A DNA stretch of 64,000 nucleotides, taken from positions 75,064 to 139,063 of the forward strand of contig CAWFIR010000007.1 of the NCBI GenBank assembly GCA_963815995.1. Direction: 5' to 3'. Of the stretch, positions 10,135-22,346 are shown in pieces; positions within the stretch are counted from its first letter, which is position 1, and each line of letters opens with the position of its first letter. The DNA comes from an uncultured Actinomycetota bacterium (GTDB lineage Bacteria; Actinomycetota; Actinomycetes; Mycobacteriales; Mycobacteriaceae). The translations under genes were made by a program, and so were the position numbers. Below the pieces are notes generated by a model. That model did not search any database and had not been told where the DNA came from. It was given only the letters and a program-made list of their open reading frames with translations.

Positions 10135-10841
10135 CCGAAGAGTCTGCCGATGGCACGTCGGAAGACTCTTCGGCCGTCGACACTGACGTCGCGGAGGTCG
10201 AAGCTGCGCACGTCGATCCAGACGCGGCGGACTACGACGAGAACGCCGACGCCGCAACCGAAGATGACGAGGCGGCCGACGATGAGGCGGCCGACGAGCC
10301 CGTGGCCGGCGTGAAGAAATGGCGACCGGTCAGCAAGTGGTCGGTGATCGCGGCGGGTGTGGCCGCTGCGTTGTTTGTCGGGTCGGCGGCATTCGCCGGT
10401 GCGACCATGCAGCCATACCTGAGCGATCGCGCGACGGTGGCGACCAAGATACGAGTCGCACGCACCGCCGCCAATGCGATCACGACGTTGTGGACCTACA
10501 CGCCGCAGAACATCGACAAGCTGGCCGATCGGGCATCGCAGTATCTCAGCGGTGACTTCGAAGCCGCCTATCGCAAATACATCGACGCACTCGTCGCACC
10601 CAACAAGCAGGCCCAGATCACCAACACCACCCAGGTCACCGGGGCGGCGGTGGAATCGTTGACCGCCTCGGACGCCACCGCGATCGTCTACACCAACACG
10701 GAATCGACCAGTCCGTCGACCAAAGACGTCCCCTCGTTGAAGTACCTGTCCTATCGGCTTGTGCTGCAACGGGATCACGCGCGCTGGCTGGTCACCAAGA
10801 TGACGACGATCACCTCACTGGACCTGACGCCCAAGCTCTAG
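10101..10841 (+). CDS. mam1D: Mce-associated membrane protein (Rv0178 ortholog)
   Basis: GTG start (VEDQQPATGDLT), acidic N-terminus, TM helix, TTLWTYTP and TTITSLDLTP motifs. Confidence 0.85.
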   Translation: MEDQQPATGDLTEESADGTSEDSSAVDTDVAEVEAAHVDPDAADYDENADAATEDDEAADDEAADEPVAGVKKWRPVSKWSVIAAGVAAALFVGSAAFAGATMQPYLSDRATVATKIRVARTAANAITTLWTYTPQNIDKLADRASQYLSGDFEAAYRKYIDALVAPNKQAQITNTTQVTGAAVESLTASDATAIVYTNTESTSPSTKDVPSLKYLSYRLVLQRDHARWLVTKMTTITSLDLTPKL

Positions 10842-11926
10842 TTGAACGCGAGCCAACCCGGCAGTGAGCGCTCGTGCGCGTCGCACAGCACCTCGCGGGT
10901 ATCGCAGTTGCCTTTCGGGACGCCGGCTCCGGCCCACATTCCGCCGGTATCACGGCGTAGCACGATCGCGGATGACGAGCCACCGTCGAGCAGCACCGCG
11001 GTATCGCTGCCAAGTCCGCGGAACAGATCTTGCACATTGTCGGGGGTATAGCTCCCGCCTTGGAACACATACATTTCGTCGCGAGGTTTGGAGTAGGCCA
11101 GCGCCGTGCGGGCCGCACTCGGCCCGCCGTCGTTGAGCTGCCCGGTATTTCCAGGTGCTAGCAGCCCGAGCCCGCTGACCGCGACGAACTGCTCGCCGCG
11201 GTCCACCAGGCCGGTCACGGTCGACGTGGCGGCGTCGTAATCATGCCCGTCCCGGCCGCCCCTGGGCCACAACACCGTTGGCGCGCCGCGCGTCGGCAGG
11301 ATCATGGTGGCCAAGGCGCTCCAGTTCTCGTTTCCGCCGGACAGGCCTTGCTTGCCGGCGTAGGGGATGGTGCCGGTGACCGCCTGATTGGCGCGGCCCT
11401 GGCCATGCGTGTTGTCGACGTAAGCGCCCAGCGGTGAGCTGCAGCCCGTCGAGCGCCACGAGCCGCCCTTTTGGCCGCGGATATCGAAGAAGTTGGCGTT
11501 GATCGCAATCGTCGGCTGGCCCAGCGCCTGCCAGGCCTGAACCGCGGGGTAGATCTCCGAGGCCTGGATCAGGCCATCGCCGGTGCGCGCATTCGGATTA
11601 CGTTCGCAGCGCGATTGGTAACCGCGATGGGTGTCTACCAACAGATGCGGCGCGAGGCGTTGCGAGGCGGCTTTGATGATCATCAGATGGCCGCCGCTAC
11701 CGCCGTCGTACCAGTTTCCGGCGGCATTGAGCATCGGTGCCGGATGCCCGCCGCCGAAGTTGTACACCAGGTAAGACCCCTGAGTGTTGGCGATCGCACT
11801 GGCCAGCAGCTCGCGCGCCTCGGCGCGCGCAACCGGCTGCCCCGTGCTGGTCGCCAGCGTCAGACACAGCGCGGTACCAGCGCCGCAGGCTGCGATGCGC
11901 CGGAAGGCGGTGGCGAGATTTGGCAC
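10838..11926 (-). CDS. lprO: LprO-like secreted phosphodiester glycosidase family protein (Rv0179c ortholog)
   Basis: AINANFFD, ARTALAY and LLDGGSSS motifs of the NAGPA-like family; signal-peptide-like N-terminus; start codon uncertain. Confidence 0.85.
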   Translation of the reverse strand: MPNLATAFRRIAACGAGTALCLTLATSTGQPVARAEARELLASAIANTQGSYLVYNFGGGHPAPMLNAAGNWYDGGSGGHLMIIKAASQRLAPHLLVDTHRGYQSRCERNPNARTGDGLIQASEIYPAVQAWQALGQPTIAINANFFDIRGQKGGSWRSTGCSSPLGAYVDNTHGQGRANQAVTGTIPYAGKQGLSGGNENWSALATMILPTRGAPTVLWPRGGRDGHDYDAATSTVTGLVDRGEQFVAVSGLGLLAPGNTGQLNDGGPSAARTALAYSKPRDEMYVFQGGSYTPDNVQDLFRGLGSDTAVLLDGGSSSAIVLRRDTGGMWAGAGVPKGNCDTREVLCDAHERSLPGWLAFN

Positions 11927-12071
11927 GGTTGCCCTTTCGGCGCGAACGTCATTGCAAATAGCAGAGCATGAGCCAAAGGTATTACACAGCAACTTCCATA
12001 ACAGCGGTGTGACGGTTCAGCCGCAGTCCAATGACGTTCGGCCGCTGCGCGTTTGCGACCGTCCGGTGGCC

Positions 12072-13455
12072 CTACTGATCGGGGTAGCCGACCTCGGTCT
12101 CCGATGGGCCTGTGATGCCCTCAGGCGCATCGGTGACCGGCGTCGTCGAGACACGGCGGTAGCCGCCCCGGTCGTAGATGCGGGTGACGACGACGCCGAG
12201 CAACACACCGAGCACCAAGCCGCCGGCGGTCAGTTCCACCGACTGCGACAGACCCGCGTCGGCGCGGCCGCCCAGGTACAGCAAAGCCCTTGCGCCCAAG
12301 AACACTTGGTGCATCGGCTCGAACTTCGCCAGCCACTCGAAGAACGCCGGGGTGGCTTGCAGCGGCACCGTTGCGCCCGCCGCCGGCAGCCCGAGGATGA
12401 TGAACACGAACATGCTGACCAGCACACCGAGTGCGCCCAGTGCCGCGATCAGCGACGTGGATGTCACACCCACCGCGAAGATTGCGAACGAGCTGAAAAG
12501 CCATAGCGCGAGGGTGTTCTGAATCGGCATGCCCATTTTGCCGGCGACCAGCAGATAGGCGGCCGACGTCAGCAGGGCCAATACCGCCATCATCGCCCAT
12601 TTGATCAGCAGCGTGCGGAACCGCGAAATCTTGACCTGTTCGGCGAACCGATAGACAGGGCCGACTTCTGCCGGTACGAAGCCGAGCATCGAGTCCACCA
12701 TCATGCTCACCACGATGCTGCCGATGAAACCGGCGAGCAGTAGCAACAACGAATAATAGAAGGCGGACAAGCCATTACCGGTGCCATCCGGAAGCACGTT
12801 GTGCACCGTCAACTTGGCCTCGATCGGGTTGGCGAGCATCAAAGCGACGGCGCCGGGCTCGGGACTCTTTCCGGTCTGCTGGGCCACCTCTCGAAAGCCG
12901 TTGGCCCACACGTTGATCCATCATCGCGACCGCACGCTGCAGGGTTTGGCCGGCGATACTGGCGCCGAGCGTGCCCGCCCGCGGGTTCGTCGAGATGATG
13001 ATGACCGCCCGTTCGACGCGTCCCGGCGTCAGCGCGCTCTTCGCGTAGGCCTGCAGCTTTGACGAAAAGTTCGGCGGTATCACCGCGACGCCATAAATCT
13101 CGGCGTTATCCATCTGGGTCTGGGCTTGATCGTGGTTGAGCACCCGGACGTCGTAGGCATCGTTGTCGAAGCCCGCCCGCATCCCCTTGACGACCTGGGT
13201 GCCGGTGGGCCCGGCGTCCTGGTTGAGGATGGCAACTGGGAAATGCCGCAAGTTGGGCATCGGCTGCAGGATTCCACCGAGATAGAAGGCGGCCAGCGCA
13301 GACAACACCGCGAGCGCGGCGACTATTGGCAAGGTCCAAAAGCGGGCTGTTCGAGTAATTTTCGGCTTAACGAGGCCAAAGTGCGGGTCGGCTGCGGAGT
13401 CGTCGTCGCCGTTCGCGACGTCGGATGCTGCGTGACGGGCTTGCGGTTCAGACAT
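12072..13455 (-). pseudogene. YhgE/DUF3533-like membrane protein (Rv0180c ortholog), split by one frameshift near 12890
   Basis: ORF 12775-13455 (N-terminal TM helix, HFPVAILNQDAG) and ORF 12072-12911 (multi-TM) join at QRLS/REVAQQ with a one-base indel. Confidence 0.8.
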
Positions 13456-13482
13456 TCCGGCTCCTCTTCTTCCGCGCCAACC

Positions 13483-14202
13483 CTAGTCGCCGAGCGTTGC
13501 GTGCATCTCCCAGACGAGCAATTCAGCGTCCTCGTGGGCCGCGACCGTGGCCCCGGCCGACGCCGTGATCCGGGCCGCGTCGCCGTCGACAAGCCCGACC
13601 TCGTCGTAGTTCACCCGGCCCCGGGCCACGTACAGGTGCAGATATGGCGCCGCGGGCAGGGTGAGTTCGGTACCGGCGGGTAACCGAGCGGCATGCAACG
13701 CGGCCGATCGGTTGTGGATGGTGATCGCGGCATCGTGGCCCGGTATCCCCGAGGCGATTGGCACCAGGCGGCCCTCGAGCTGATCGTCTTCGATCGCCTG
13801 CTGCTGGTAGCTGGGTTCGATTCCGGACTCGTCGGGCCGCACCCACATCTGTACGAAGCGCACCGGATCGGTGTCGGATGCATTCTCTTCGGAGTGGGTG
13901 ATGCCGGCACCGGCCGACATCCGTTGCGCGAGACCAGGATAGATGACACCGCTGTGGCCGGTGGAATCGCGATGTGCCAACGAGCCTTCCAGTACCCAGG
14001 TCACTATTTCCATGTCGCGGTGCGGGTGGGTAGCAAAACCGCCAGCCCGCGCCAATATGTCGTCGTTGCTGACTAGCAGCACACCGTGGTGGGTGTTGGC
14101 CGGGTCGTAGTGATCGCCGAAGGAAAACGAATGCCGCGACTGCAGCCAGGACGTCGTGGTGACCGCCCGATCGGCGGCACGCCGGATATCAACAGTGGGC
14201 AC
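13483..14202 (-). CDS. Pirin family protein (Rv0181c ortholog)
   Basis: SRHSFSFG, HPHRDMEIVTWVLEG and QRMSAGAGITHSE cupin/pirin motifs. Confidence 0.92.
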   Translation of the reverse strand: MPTVDIRRAADRAVTTTSWLQSRHSFSFGDHYDPANTHHGVLLVSNDDILARAGGFATHPHRDMEIVTWVLEGSLAHRDSTGHSGVIYPGLAQRMSAGAGITHSEENASDTDPVRFVQMWVRPDESGIEPSYQQQAIEDDQLEGRLVPIASGIPGHDAAITIHNRSAALHAARLPAGTELTLPAAPYLHLYVARGRVNYDEVGLVDGDAARITASAGATVAAHEDAELLVWEMHATLGD

Positions 14203-14295
14203 GTGGTCACGCTACCTTGGGCTGAGCAAAGCCTGGGCGTGCATATGCACCGCACTTCGTGAAGCGGGGCTGAGTGGCAGAGCACTCGACAACCT

Positions 14296-16165
<1,870 letters not shown>

Positions 16166-16208
16166 GTCGCGGTGCCGAGAAGTTTTACGGTTCGCCTAGT
16201 TTGGTGGC

Positions 16209-16958
16209 ATGACCGACGACAAGATGCTGGCGCGGATCGCAGCCCTGTTGCGTCAGGCCGAGGGCACCGACAACGCCCACGAGGCCGAGGCGTTCATGTC
16301 CGCCGCGCAGCGGCTGGCCACCGCAACATCCATCGACCTGGCGGTCGCGCGCTCGCATGCCGACAAGCGCACACCCGCTCAGGAGCCGGTGCAGCGCACG
16401 ATCACCATCGGCGCCGCCGGCACCAGGGGATTGCGGACCTACGTGCAGCTGTTCGTGGTGATCGCAGCCGCCAACGACATCCGCTGCGACATCGCGTCCA
16501 ATTCGACGTTCGTCTACGCCTACGGCTTCGCCGAAGACATCGACTCCACCCACGCGCTGTACGCCAGCCTGGTCGTCCAGATGGTCCGCGCGTCAGACTC
16601 CTACATCTCCTCAGGCGCACACCGGCCCACCCCGACGATCACCGCCCGGCTGAATTTTCAGCTGGCGTTCGGAGCGCGGGTGGGTCAGCGGCTGGCCGAG
16701 GCCCGCGAGCAGACGCAGCGCGAAGCGAAGAAGGACCGTCGCCGTCCGCCCGGCACGGCAATCGCGCTGCGGAACAAGGAGATCGAGCTTCGCGACTACT
16801 ACCGAACGGCGTCGAAGGCGCGGGGCACCTGGCAGGCCAACCGGGCCACCGCTGGATATTCGTCGTCGGCGCGACGGGCGGGGGACCGGGCCGGTAAGCG
16901 GGCAAGGCTGGGCAGCGGCCCGGAGCTCTCCGGGGCGCGGAGCGCGCTGGAGCGGTGA
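16209..16958 (+). CDS. DUF2786 domain protein (Rv0184 ortholog)
   Basis: KMLARIAALLRQAEGTDNAHEAEAFMSAAQRL is the DUF2786 signature. Confidence 0.88.
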   Translation: MTDDKMLARIAALLRQAEGTDNAHEAEAFMSAAQRLATATSIDLAVARSHADKRTPAQEPVQRTITIGAAGTRGLRTYVQLFVVIAAANDIRCDIASNSTFVYAYGFAEDIDSTHALYASLVVQMVRASDSYISSGAHRPTPTITARLNFQLAFGARVGQRLAEAREQTQREAKKDRRRPPGTAIALRNKEIELRDYYRTASKARGTWQANRATAGYSSSARRAGDRAGKRARLGSGPELSGARSALER

Positions 16959-17467
16959 ACGGCGACGATTCGTCCGAGCGGGACTCGCAGCGCTCGAAGG
17001 TCTACGCCGCCGAGGAATTCGTGCGGACGCTGTTCGACCGCGCCGCCGAGCACGGTTCGAACAGCGTGGAATTCTTCGGCACCCAGTTGACCCTGCCGCC
17101 CGAGGCGCGGTTCGGGTCGCTGGCGGCGGTGCAGCGCTACGTCGACGACGTGCTGGCCTTGCCGGCACTGCAACGACAGTGGCCGAAGGTGGCACCGCTG
17201 CGTGTGCGGGCCCGACGGGCCTCGACCGCAGCTCATTACGAAAACCAGGACGGCACAGGCATTATCGCGGTACCCGATCGCCGCGACGCCGGCTGGGCGA
17301 TGCGTGAACTGGTTGTGCTGCACGAAATCGCGCACCACCTCTGCGATGTACAGCCGCCGCACGGATCGCAGTACGTCACGACGCTGTGCACCTTGGCCGA
17401 ATTGGTCATGGGGCCCGAAGCCGGGCACGTACTGCGGGTGGTGTACGCGAAAGAGGGCGTGCGCTAG
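16955..17467 (+). CDS. TIGR04338-type putative metallohydrolase (Rv0185 ortholog)
   Basis: [12 protein letters not shown] start motif, HEIAHH zinc motif and downstream PPHG; coupled to the DUF2786 gene. Confidence 0.88.
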   Translation: MNGDDSSERDSQRSKVYAAEEFVRTLFDRAAEHGSNSVEFFGTQLTLPPEARFGSLAAVQRYVDDVLALPALQRQWPKVAPLRVRARRASTAAHYENQDGTGIIAVPDRRDAGWAMRELVVLHEIAHHLCDVQPPHGSQYVTTLCTLAELVMGPEAGHVLRVVYAKEGVR

Positions 17468-17610
17468 CCGGCGACCTCGACCATCTCGTCGCCGCACTTG
17501 CAGATATATGCCTGCTCGGTGCCGCTGCAGTGACATGCGACCTCGATGCGGACGCGGCAGCCGCAGCCGTCGTGACCACAGCTCAACAGGGTGCCTGCTT
17601 CGTTGGACAT
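17464..17610 (-). CDS. mymT: Copper metallothionein MymT (48 aa; absent from the ORF track)
   Basis: Manual translation [48 protein letters not shown]-stop has the Cys/His pattern of MymT; GAGGTGA RBS and a RicR box lie upstream. Confidence 0.93.
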   Translation of the reverse strand: MSNEAGTLLSCGHDGCGCRVRIEVACHCSGTEQAYICKCGDEMVEVAG

Positions 17611-17649
17611 CGTCTTCACCTCTTCTGAATCGGGACCTGACCCGGGCCA

Positions 17650-17674
17650 CCCTATACCCCCTGGGGGTATAGGG
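17650..17674. promoter_or_regulatory. RicR operator palindrome upstream of mymT
   Basis: CCCTATACCCCC-T-GGGGGTATAGGG contains TACCC-N5-GGGTA (17655-17669), the RicR/CsoR-type box. Confidence 0.9.
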
Positions 17675-17728
17675 CAAGGACGGTTAATCCAGTGGCGGCA
17701 CGCATCGGCGCCGGGCTAGCGTTGGCTC

Positions 17729-18386
17729 ATGACCCACAAGCCAACCCCCGCTGACGTCGACGAATTTCTGGACACCACCGTGCTGGACGACGATCCCGGT
17801 GTTGTCTGCCGCCCTCGCGGACAGTGACGCCGCCGGGTTGCCGAAGATCGCCGTCTCGGCCCAACAGGGCAAGTTCCTGAGTCTGCTCGCCACCGCGGCC
17901 GGGGCCCGTCGCATCTTGGAGATCGGCACACTGGGCGGCTACAGTACGATCTGGCTGGCCCGCGGCGCCGGCCCGGACGGTCGAGTCACCACGCTGGAGT
18001 ACGAGCCCAAGCACGCCGAGGTGGCCCGGGCCAACATCGACCGCGCCGGTGTCGGCGATCGGGTGGAGGTGCTGGTCGGCGCCGCGCTCGACACCCTGCC
18101 GAGTGTCACTGGCGGTCCGTTCGATCTGGTGTTCATCGACGCCGACAAGGAGAACAACCCCGGCTACCTGGAGTGGGCCGTCAAGCTCACCCACCCCGGC
18201 TCAGTGATCGTGGTGGACAACGTGATTCGGGAGGGTGCGATCCTGTCGCCCGATCAGGATGCCGTGCTGCGCGGGACGAGAAGGGTGCTCGAGCTGATGG
18301 GTGAGCATCCCGGGCTCGACACCGCGGTGCTGCAGACGGTGGGCGCCAAGCACTGGGACGGCTTCGCGATCGCGCTGGTGAAGTAA
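17729..18386 (+). pseudogene. O-methyltransferase (Rv0187 ortholog), frameshift near 17795
   Basis: MTHKPTPADVDEFLDTTVLDDDP continues as VLSAALADS in another frame; ILEIGTLGGYSTIWLA, FIDADKEN and VVDNV motifs. Confidence 0.85.
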
Positions 18387-18389
18387 CCG

Positions 18390-19370
18390 TTAGGGCGCCA
18401 GGTCGTTGACGGCTTTCTGTGCCGAAATGAGCTCGCTGATCCGCAGCGCCGTGTCACCCGCGTAGAGCGCTGCGGTGTTCACCGAATATTCCGGCATGCC
18501 CTTCAGCGGCGCCAACGGTGTGAATAGCGGCAGCCGCGCTGACTGCATGCGGATGAGCGAGCCGGCGTCGAAATACCCCAGTACCGCCAGCCAGCGGCTG
18601 CTGGCGTTAAGGGCAGCGGGCAACGCCTTGGTAGTTCCATCGCTGCGGCACCACCGCCGGGTGGCGGCATTGGGGATTACGCGATGCCGAAGCGGCCAGC
18701 TGAGACCGAAAAGTGTGGTCTCCATGGTCGTTTCGGCGTCAAGGATTCGTCGCTGATACTCGGGATGCGCATTGGCCTCATGCGTCATCAGAAACCGCGT
18801 TCCGGCGATGATGCCATCTGCTCCGCTGTCCAGCGCCCGGCGGGTGTCGGCGCCGGTGGCGATCCCACCGGCGAGGAAGACGGGCCGTTGACCGGCCGTC
18901 GCCCGCGCGTGTGGCAAAAAGTCAAGCGCAGGCATGGTTCCGACCAGATGCCCGCCGGCCTCTCGTCCCTGCGCGATCAAACCGTCAGCGCCCCAACCGA
19001 TTGCCTGTCGCGCTTGAGATTCAGTACCGACCATCACAAAGACGAAGATTCCGGCATCGCGCAGATGCTCGACGAGGCCCCGATCGCCGCCGAAGGCCAC
19101 CACCACTACCTCGACGCCCTCATCGACACAAACCGCGACGTGGCTACGACGGGCGAAGTGCATCAACAGGTTCACCGCGACAGCGCGGCCCGGGGCCTCG
19201 GCGCGAACGTGATTGATCGCCGCTCGCAATTGGTCGGGCACCGTCAATCCCAGCGTCCCCAGGCCGCCCGCTTTGGCCACCGCTGCGGCCAGCGGCCCAC
19301 CGGCCAGACCGCCACCCATTCCGGCCTGACCGACTGGAACATCGAGGCGAAGTCGATCCGCAATGTCCAT
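18390..19370 (-). CDS. Nitronate monooxygenase / FabK-like FMN-dependent oxidoreductase
   Basis: QAGMGGG, QGREAGGH and LAGGIATG...GTRFL motifs; GAGG RBS before ATG 19370. Confidence 0.88.
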   Translation of the reverse strand: MDIADRLRLDVPVGQAGMGGGLAGGPLAAAVAKAGGLGTLGLTVPDQLRAAINHVRAEAPGRAVAVNLLMHFARRSHVAVCVDEGVEVVVVAFGGDRGLVEHLRDAGIFVFVMVGTESQARQAIGWGADGLIAQGREAGGHLVGTMPALDFLPHARATAGQRPVFLAGGIATGADTRRALDSGADGIIAGTRFLMTHEANAHPEYQRRILDAETTMETTLFGLSWPLRHRVIPNAATRRWCRSDGTTKALPAALNASSRWLAVLGYFDAGSLIRMQSARLPLFTPLAPLKGMPEYSVNTAALYAGDTALRISELISAQKAVNDLAP

Positions 19371-19597
19371 ACATACCTCGATTTCCGGACGATTGTGACG
19401 GGGGCCGGGAAAGATCCGGGCACCGGTTATCGCGGAAGCTACTCCGGTTAGCTGGATTCCGAAACCCGCCTGGAAATTCGACTGTCGCAAGGGCCGTTGG
19501 TGTTCGCTATTGGCGCGCGCTGACGAGCGTAGCCTTGGTGTAGATGGATGGTTGCAGTCGGCTCAAAAGGCTTGCTGCATAACAGAAAGGTCACAAA

Positions 19598-20035
19598 ATG
19601 AGTACAGTCCATTCATCAATCGATCACCACCCGGATCTACTGGCACTACGTGAGCGCTACGGGCGCGCTGCAGAGTCGATGACTGCGCAGGGCACCTTCG
19701 GTCTCACGCTGGTAGCTGCGGTATACGCGGCCCTGTCGCCGTGGATTGTCGGATTCGAAGGAACGAGAGCGCTTGCGGTCAACGATTTCATCGTAGGAAT
19801 CGTGTGCGTGGCGTTGGCGTTCGCGTTCGCGATGGCGTTAGACCGCAGCCACGGCATGACTTGGACACTGCCGGTCTTCGGCGTGTGGTTCATCGTCTCG
19901 CCATGGATCCTGCACGGTGTCTCGCCGCACGGTGGCATGGTGTGGTCGAACGTGATTGCAGGTGCGGTGCTGACGGTACTGGGCCTGAACGCGATGTACT
20001 TCGGTATGCGCGCTCGTAGCTCAACAACCGGTTGA
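19598..20035 (+). CDS. SPW repeat membrane protein (Rv0188 ortholog)
   Basis: Two SPW motifs (LSPWIVGF, VSPWILHG), four TM helices; GAAAGG RBS. Confidence 0.88.
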   Translation: MSTVHSSIDHHPDLLALRERYGRAAESMTAQGTFGLTLVAAVYAALSPWIVGFEGTRALAVNDFIVGIVCVALAFAFAMALDRSHGMTWTLPVFGVWFIVSPWILHGVSPHGGMVWSNVIAGAVLTVLGLNAMYFGMRARSSTTG

Positions 20036-20054
20036 CAGCAGCGGCGATTTACCA

Positions 20055-20082
20055 CTCCCGGCCGGATGACGCCGGCCGGGAG
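20055..20082. terminator. GC-rich hairpin between the convergent SPW gene and ilvD
   Basis: CTCCCGGCCGG-ATGACG-CCGGCCGGGAG, an 11-bp perfect stem with no U-tract. Confidence 0.65.
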
Positions 20083-20102
20083 AGTCCACTTCGGCCCTGC
20101 GG

Positions 20103-21821
20103 CTACCCGCAGATCGCTCCGTGGGCTGCCGATCCGACCAGCTTGACGTACTTGCCCAGCACGCCGGAGGTGTAGCGCGGCGGCAGCGGGGTGAAACCCT
20201 CACGGCGGGAATCGAACTCGGCAGCATCGACCAGCACGTCGAGGGTGCCGTTGGCGACGTCGAGCCGGATCCGGTCGCCGTCGCGCAGGAAGGCGATCGG
20301 GCCGCCGTCGACCGCCTCGGGTGCGACGTGCCCGACGCACAGGCCAGTGGTGCCGCCGGAGAACCGGCCGTCGGTCAACAACAGCACATCCTTGCCCAGA
20401 CCGGCGCCCTTGATGGCACCGGTGATGGCGAGCATTTCCCGCATCCCCGGCCCGCCCTTGGGGCCTTCGTAGCGGATCACCACCGCGTCACCGTGGGTGA
20501 TCGTGCCGTCTTCGAGGGCATCGAGTGCTGCCCGCTCGCGCTCGAAAACCCTTGCCGTGCCCTCGAACACGTCGGAGTCGAAGCCGGCCGACTTGACCAC
20601 CGCGCCTTCGGGTGCCAGCGAACCGTGCAGGATGGTGATCCCGCCGGTGGGGTGGATGGGGTTGTCCAATGCCCGCAGCACCTTGCCGTCCGGGTCGGGC
20701 GGGGCGATGTGCGCGAGGTTCTCGGCCATGGTCTGCCCGGTCACGGTCAGGCAATCGCCGTGCAGCAGACCGGCATCCAGCAGCGCCTTCATCACCACCG
20801 GCACACCGCCGATGCGGTCGACGTCGAACATCACGTGCTTGCCGAACGGCTTGACGTCGGCCAGATGCGGCACCTTGGCGCCGATCCGGCTGAAGTCGGC
20901 CAGCGACAGCTTCACGTCGGCCTCGTGCGCGATGGCCAGCAGATGCAGCACCGCGTTGGTCGAGCCGCCGAACGCCATCACCACCGCGATCGCGTTCTCG
21001 AAGGCCTCCTTGGTCAGGATGTCGCGGGCGGTGATGCCGCGGCGCAACAGTCCGACGACCGCTTCACCGCTGCGCCGTGCGTAGCCGTCGCGCCGGCGGT
21101 CGGTCGCCGGCGGTGCGGCGCTGCCGGGCAGCGACATGCCCAGCGCCTCGGCCGCGCTGGCCATGGTGTTGGCGGTGAACATGCCGCCGCAGGCACCCTC
21201 GCCGGGACAGATGGCCCGCTCGATCGCGTCGACGTCCGCCCGCGGCATCAGTCCGCGGGCGCAGGCGCCGACCGCCTCGAACGCATCGATGATCGTCACG
21301 TCGCGCTCGGTGCCGTCGGACAGCTTGGCCCGGCCCGGCAGGATCGAGCCCGCATAGAGGAAGACCGCGGCCAGATCCAGGCGAGCCGCGGCCATCAGCA
21401 TGCCGGGCAGCGACTTGTCGCAGCCGGCCAGCAGCACCGATCCGTCGAGGCGTTCGGCCTGCATGACGGTTTCCACGCTGTCGGCGATCACCTCGCGGGA
21501 CACCAGGGAGAAGTGCATGCCCTCGTGGCCCATCGAGATGCCGTCGGACACCGAGATCGTGCCGAACTCAAGCGGATAGCCGCCGGCGGCGAACACGCCC
21601 TCCTTGACGGACTTGGCCAGCCGGTCCAGCGACAGGTTGCAGGGCGTGATCTCGTTCCACGACGACGCCACCCCGATCTGCGGCTTGGCGAAGTCTTCGT
21701 CGTCCATTCCCACCGCGCGCAACATCCCGCGCGAAGCGGCCTTTTCCAGGCCGTCGGTGACCTCGCGACTGCGGGGCTTGATGTCGATGGGATTCTTGCC
21801 GTCAGGCTTGGTTTCAGACAC
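20103..21821 (-). CDS. ilvD: Dihydroxy-acid dehydratase
   Basis: [38 protein letters not shown] and TDGRFSG motifs. Confidence 0.97.
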   Translation of the reverse strand: MSETKPDGKNPIDIKPRSREVTDGLEKAASRGMLRAVGMDDEDFAKPQIGVASSWNEITPCNLSLDRLAKSVKEGVFAAGGYPLEFGTISVSDGISMGHEGMHFSLVSREVIADSVETVMQAERLDGSVLLAGCDKSLPGMLMAAARLDLAAVFLYAGSILPGRAKLSDGTERDVTIIDAFEAVGACARGLMPRADVDAIERAICPGEGACGGMFTANTMASAAEALGMSLPGSAAPPATDRRRDGYARRSGEAVVGLLRRGITARDILTKEAFENAIAVVMAFGGSTNAVLHLLAIAHEADVKLSLADFSRIGAKVPHLADVKPFGKHVMFDVDRIGGVPVVMKALLDAGLLHGDCLTVTGQTMAENLAHIAPPDPDGKVLRALDNPIHPTGGITILHGSLAPEGAVVKSAGFDSDVFEGTARVFERERAALDALEDGTITHGDAVVIRYEGPKGGPGMREMLAITGAIKGAGLGKDVLLLTDGRFSGGTTGLCVGHVAPEAVDGGPIAFLRDGDRIRLDVANGTLDVLVDAAEFDSRREGFTPLPPRYTSGVLGKYVKLVGSAAHGAICG

Positions 21822-21865
21822 AGCTCAAGTATGCGTGTAGCGCGATGTCGGCCAAAATCATTAAA

Positions 21866-21882
21866 ATACCCCCATGGGGTAT
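21866..21882. promoter_or_regulatory. RicR operator in the ilvD-ricR divergent intergenic region
   Basis: ATACCCCCATGGGGTAT contains TACCC-N5-GGGTA (21867-21881). Confidence 0.88.
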
Positions 21883-22020
21883 GGTCTCCGCACCGGCGAA
21901 ACGCCGACTTACCAGGCCGCCGTGGCGCCGGCGCCAGCCGACGTTGACAATGGTGACAACACCGGCGCCGTCGCGATGGCCCCGAACATGATCCTCAAGA
22001 CCACGATGTTGGAGGGGCAG

Positions 22021-22311
22021 ATGGCACCCGCACACGGCTATTCGTCGCAGAAAGACAACTACGCCAAACGTTTGCGGCGGATCGAGGGCCAGGTGCGTGG
22101 CATCGCGAAGATGATCGAGGACGACAAGTACTGCATCGACGTCCTCACCCAGATCAGCGCCGCCAACAACGCCCTGCGGTCGGTCGCGCTGAACCTGCTC
22201 GACGAGCACCTTGGACACTGCGTCACCCGCGCCGTCTCGGAGGGCGGCACCGAGGCCGACGAGAAGCTGGCCGAAGCCTCCGCGGCCATTGCACGACTCG
22301 TCCGCTCCTGA
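22021..22311 (+). CDS. ricR: Copper-sensing CsoR-family repressor RicR (Rv0190 ortholog)
   Basis: RLRRIEGQVRGI, YCIDVLTQ and HLGHCV Cu-ligand pattern; GGAGG RBS before ATG 22021. Confidence 0.93.
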   Translation: MAPAHGYSSQKDNYAKRLRRIEGQVRGIAKMIEDDKYCIDVLTQISAANNALRSVALNLLDEHLGHCVTRAVSEGGTEADEKLAEASAAIARLVRS

Positions 22312-22346
22312 TTGTTAACGCGATGCCCGCAACGCATGGTTGAGTA

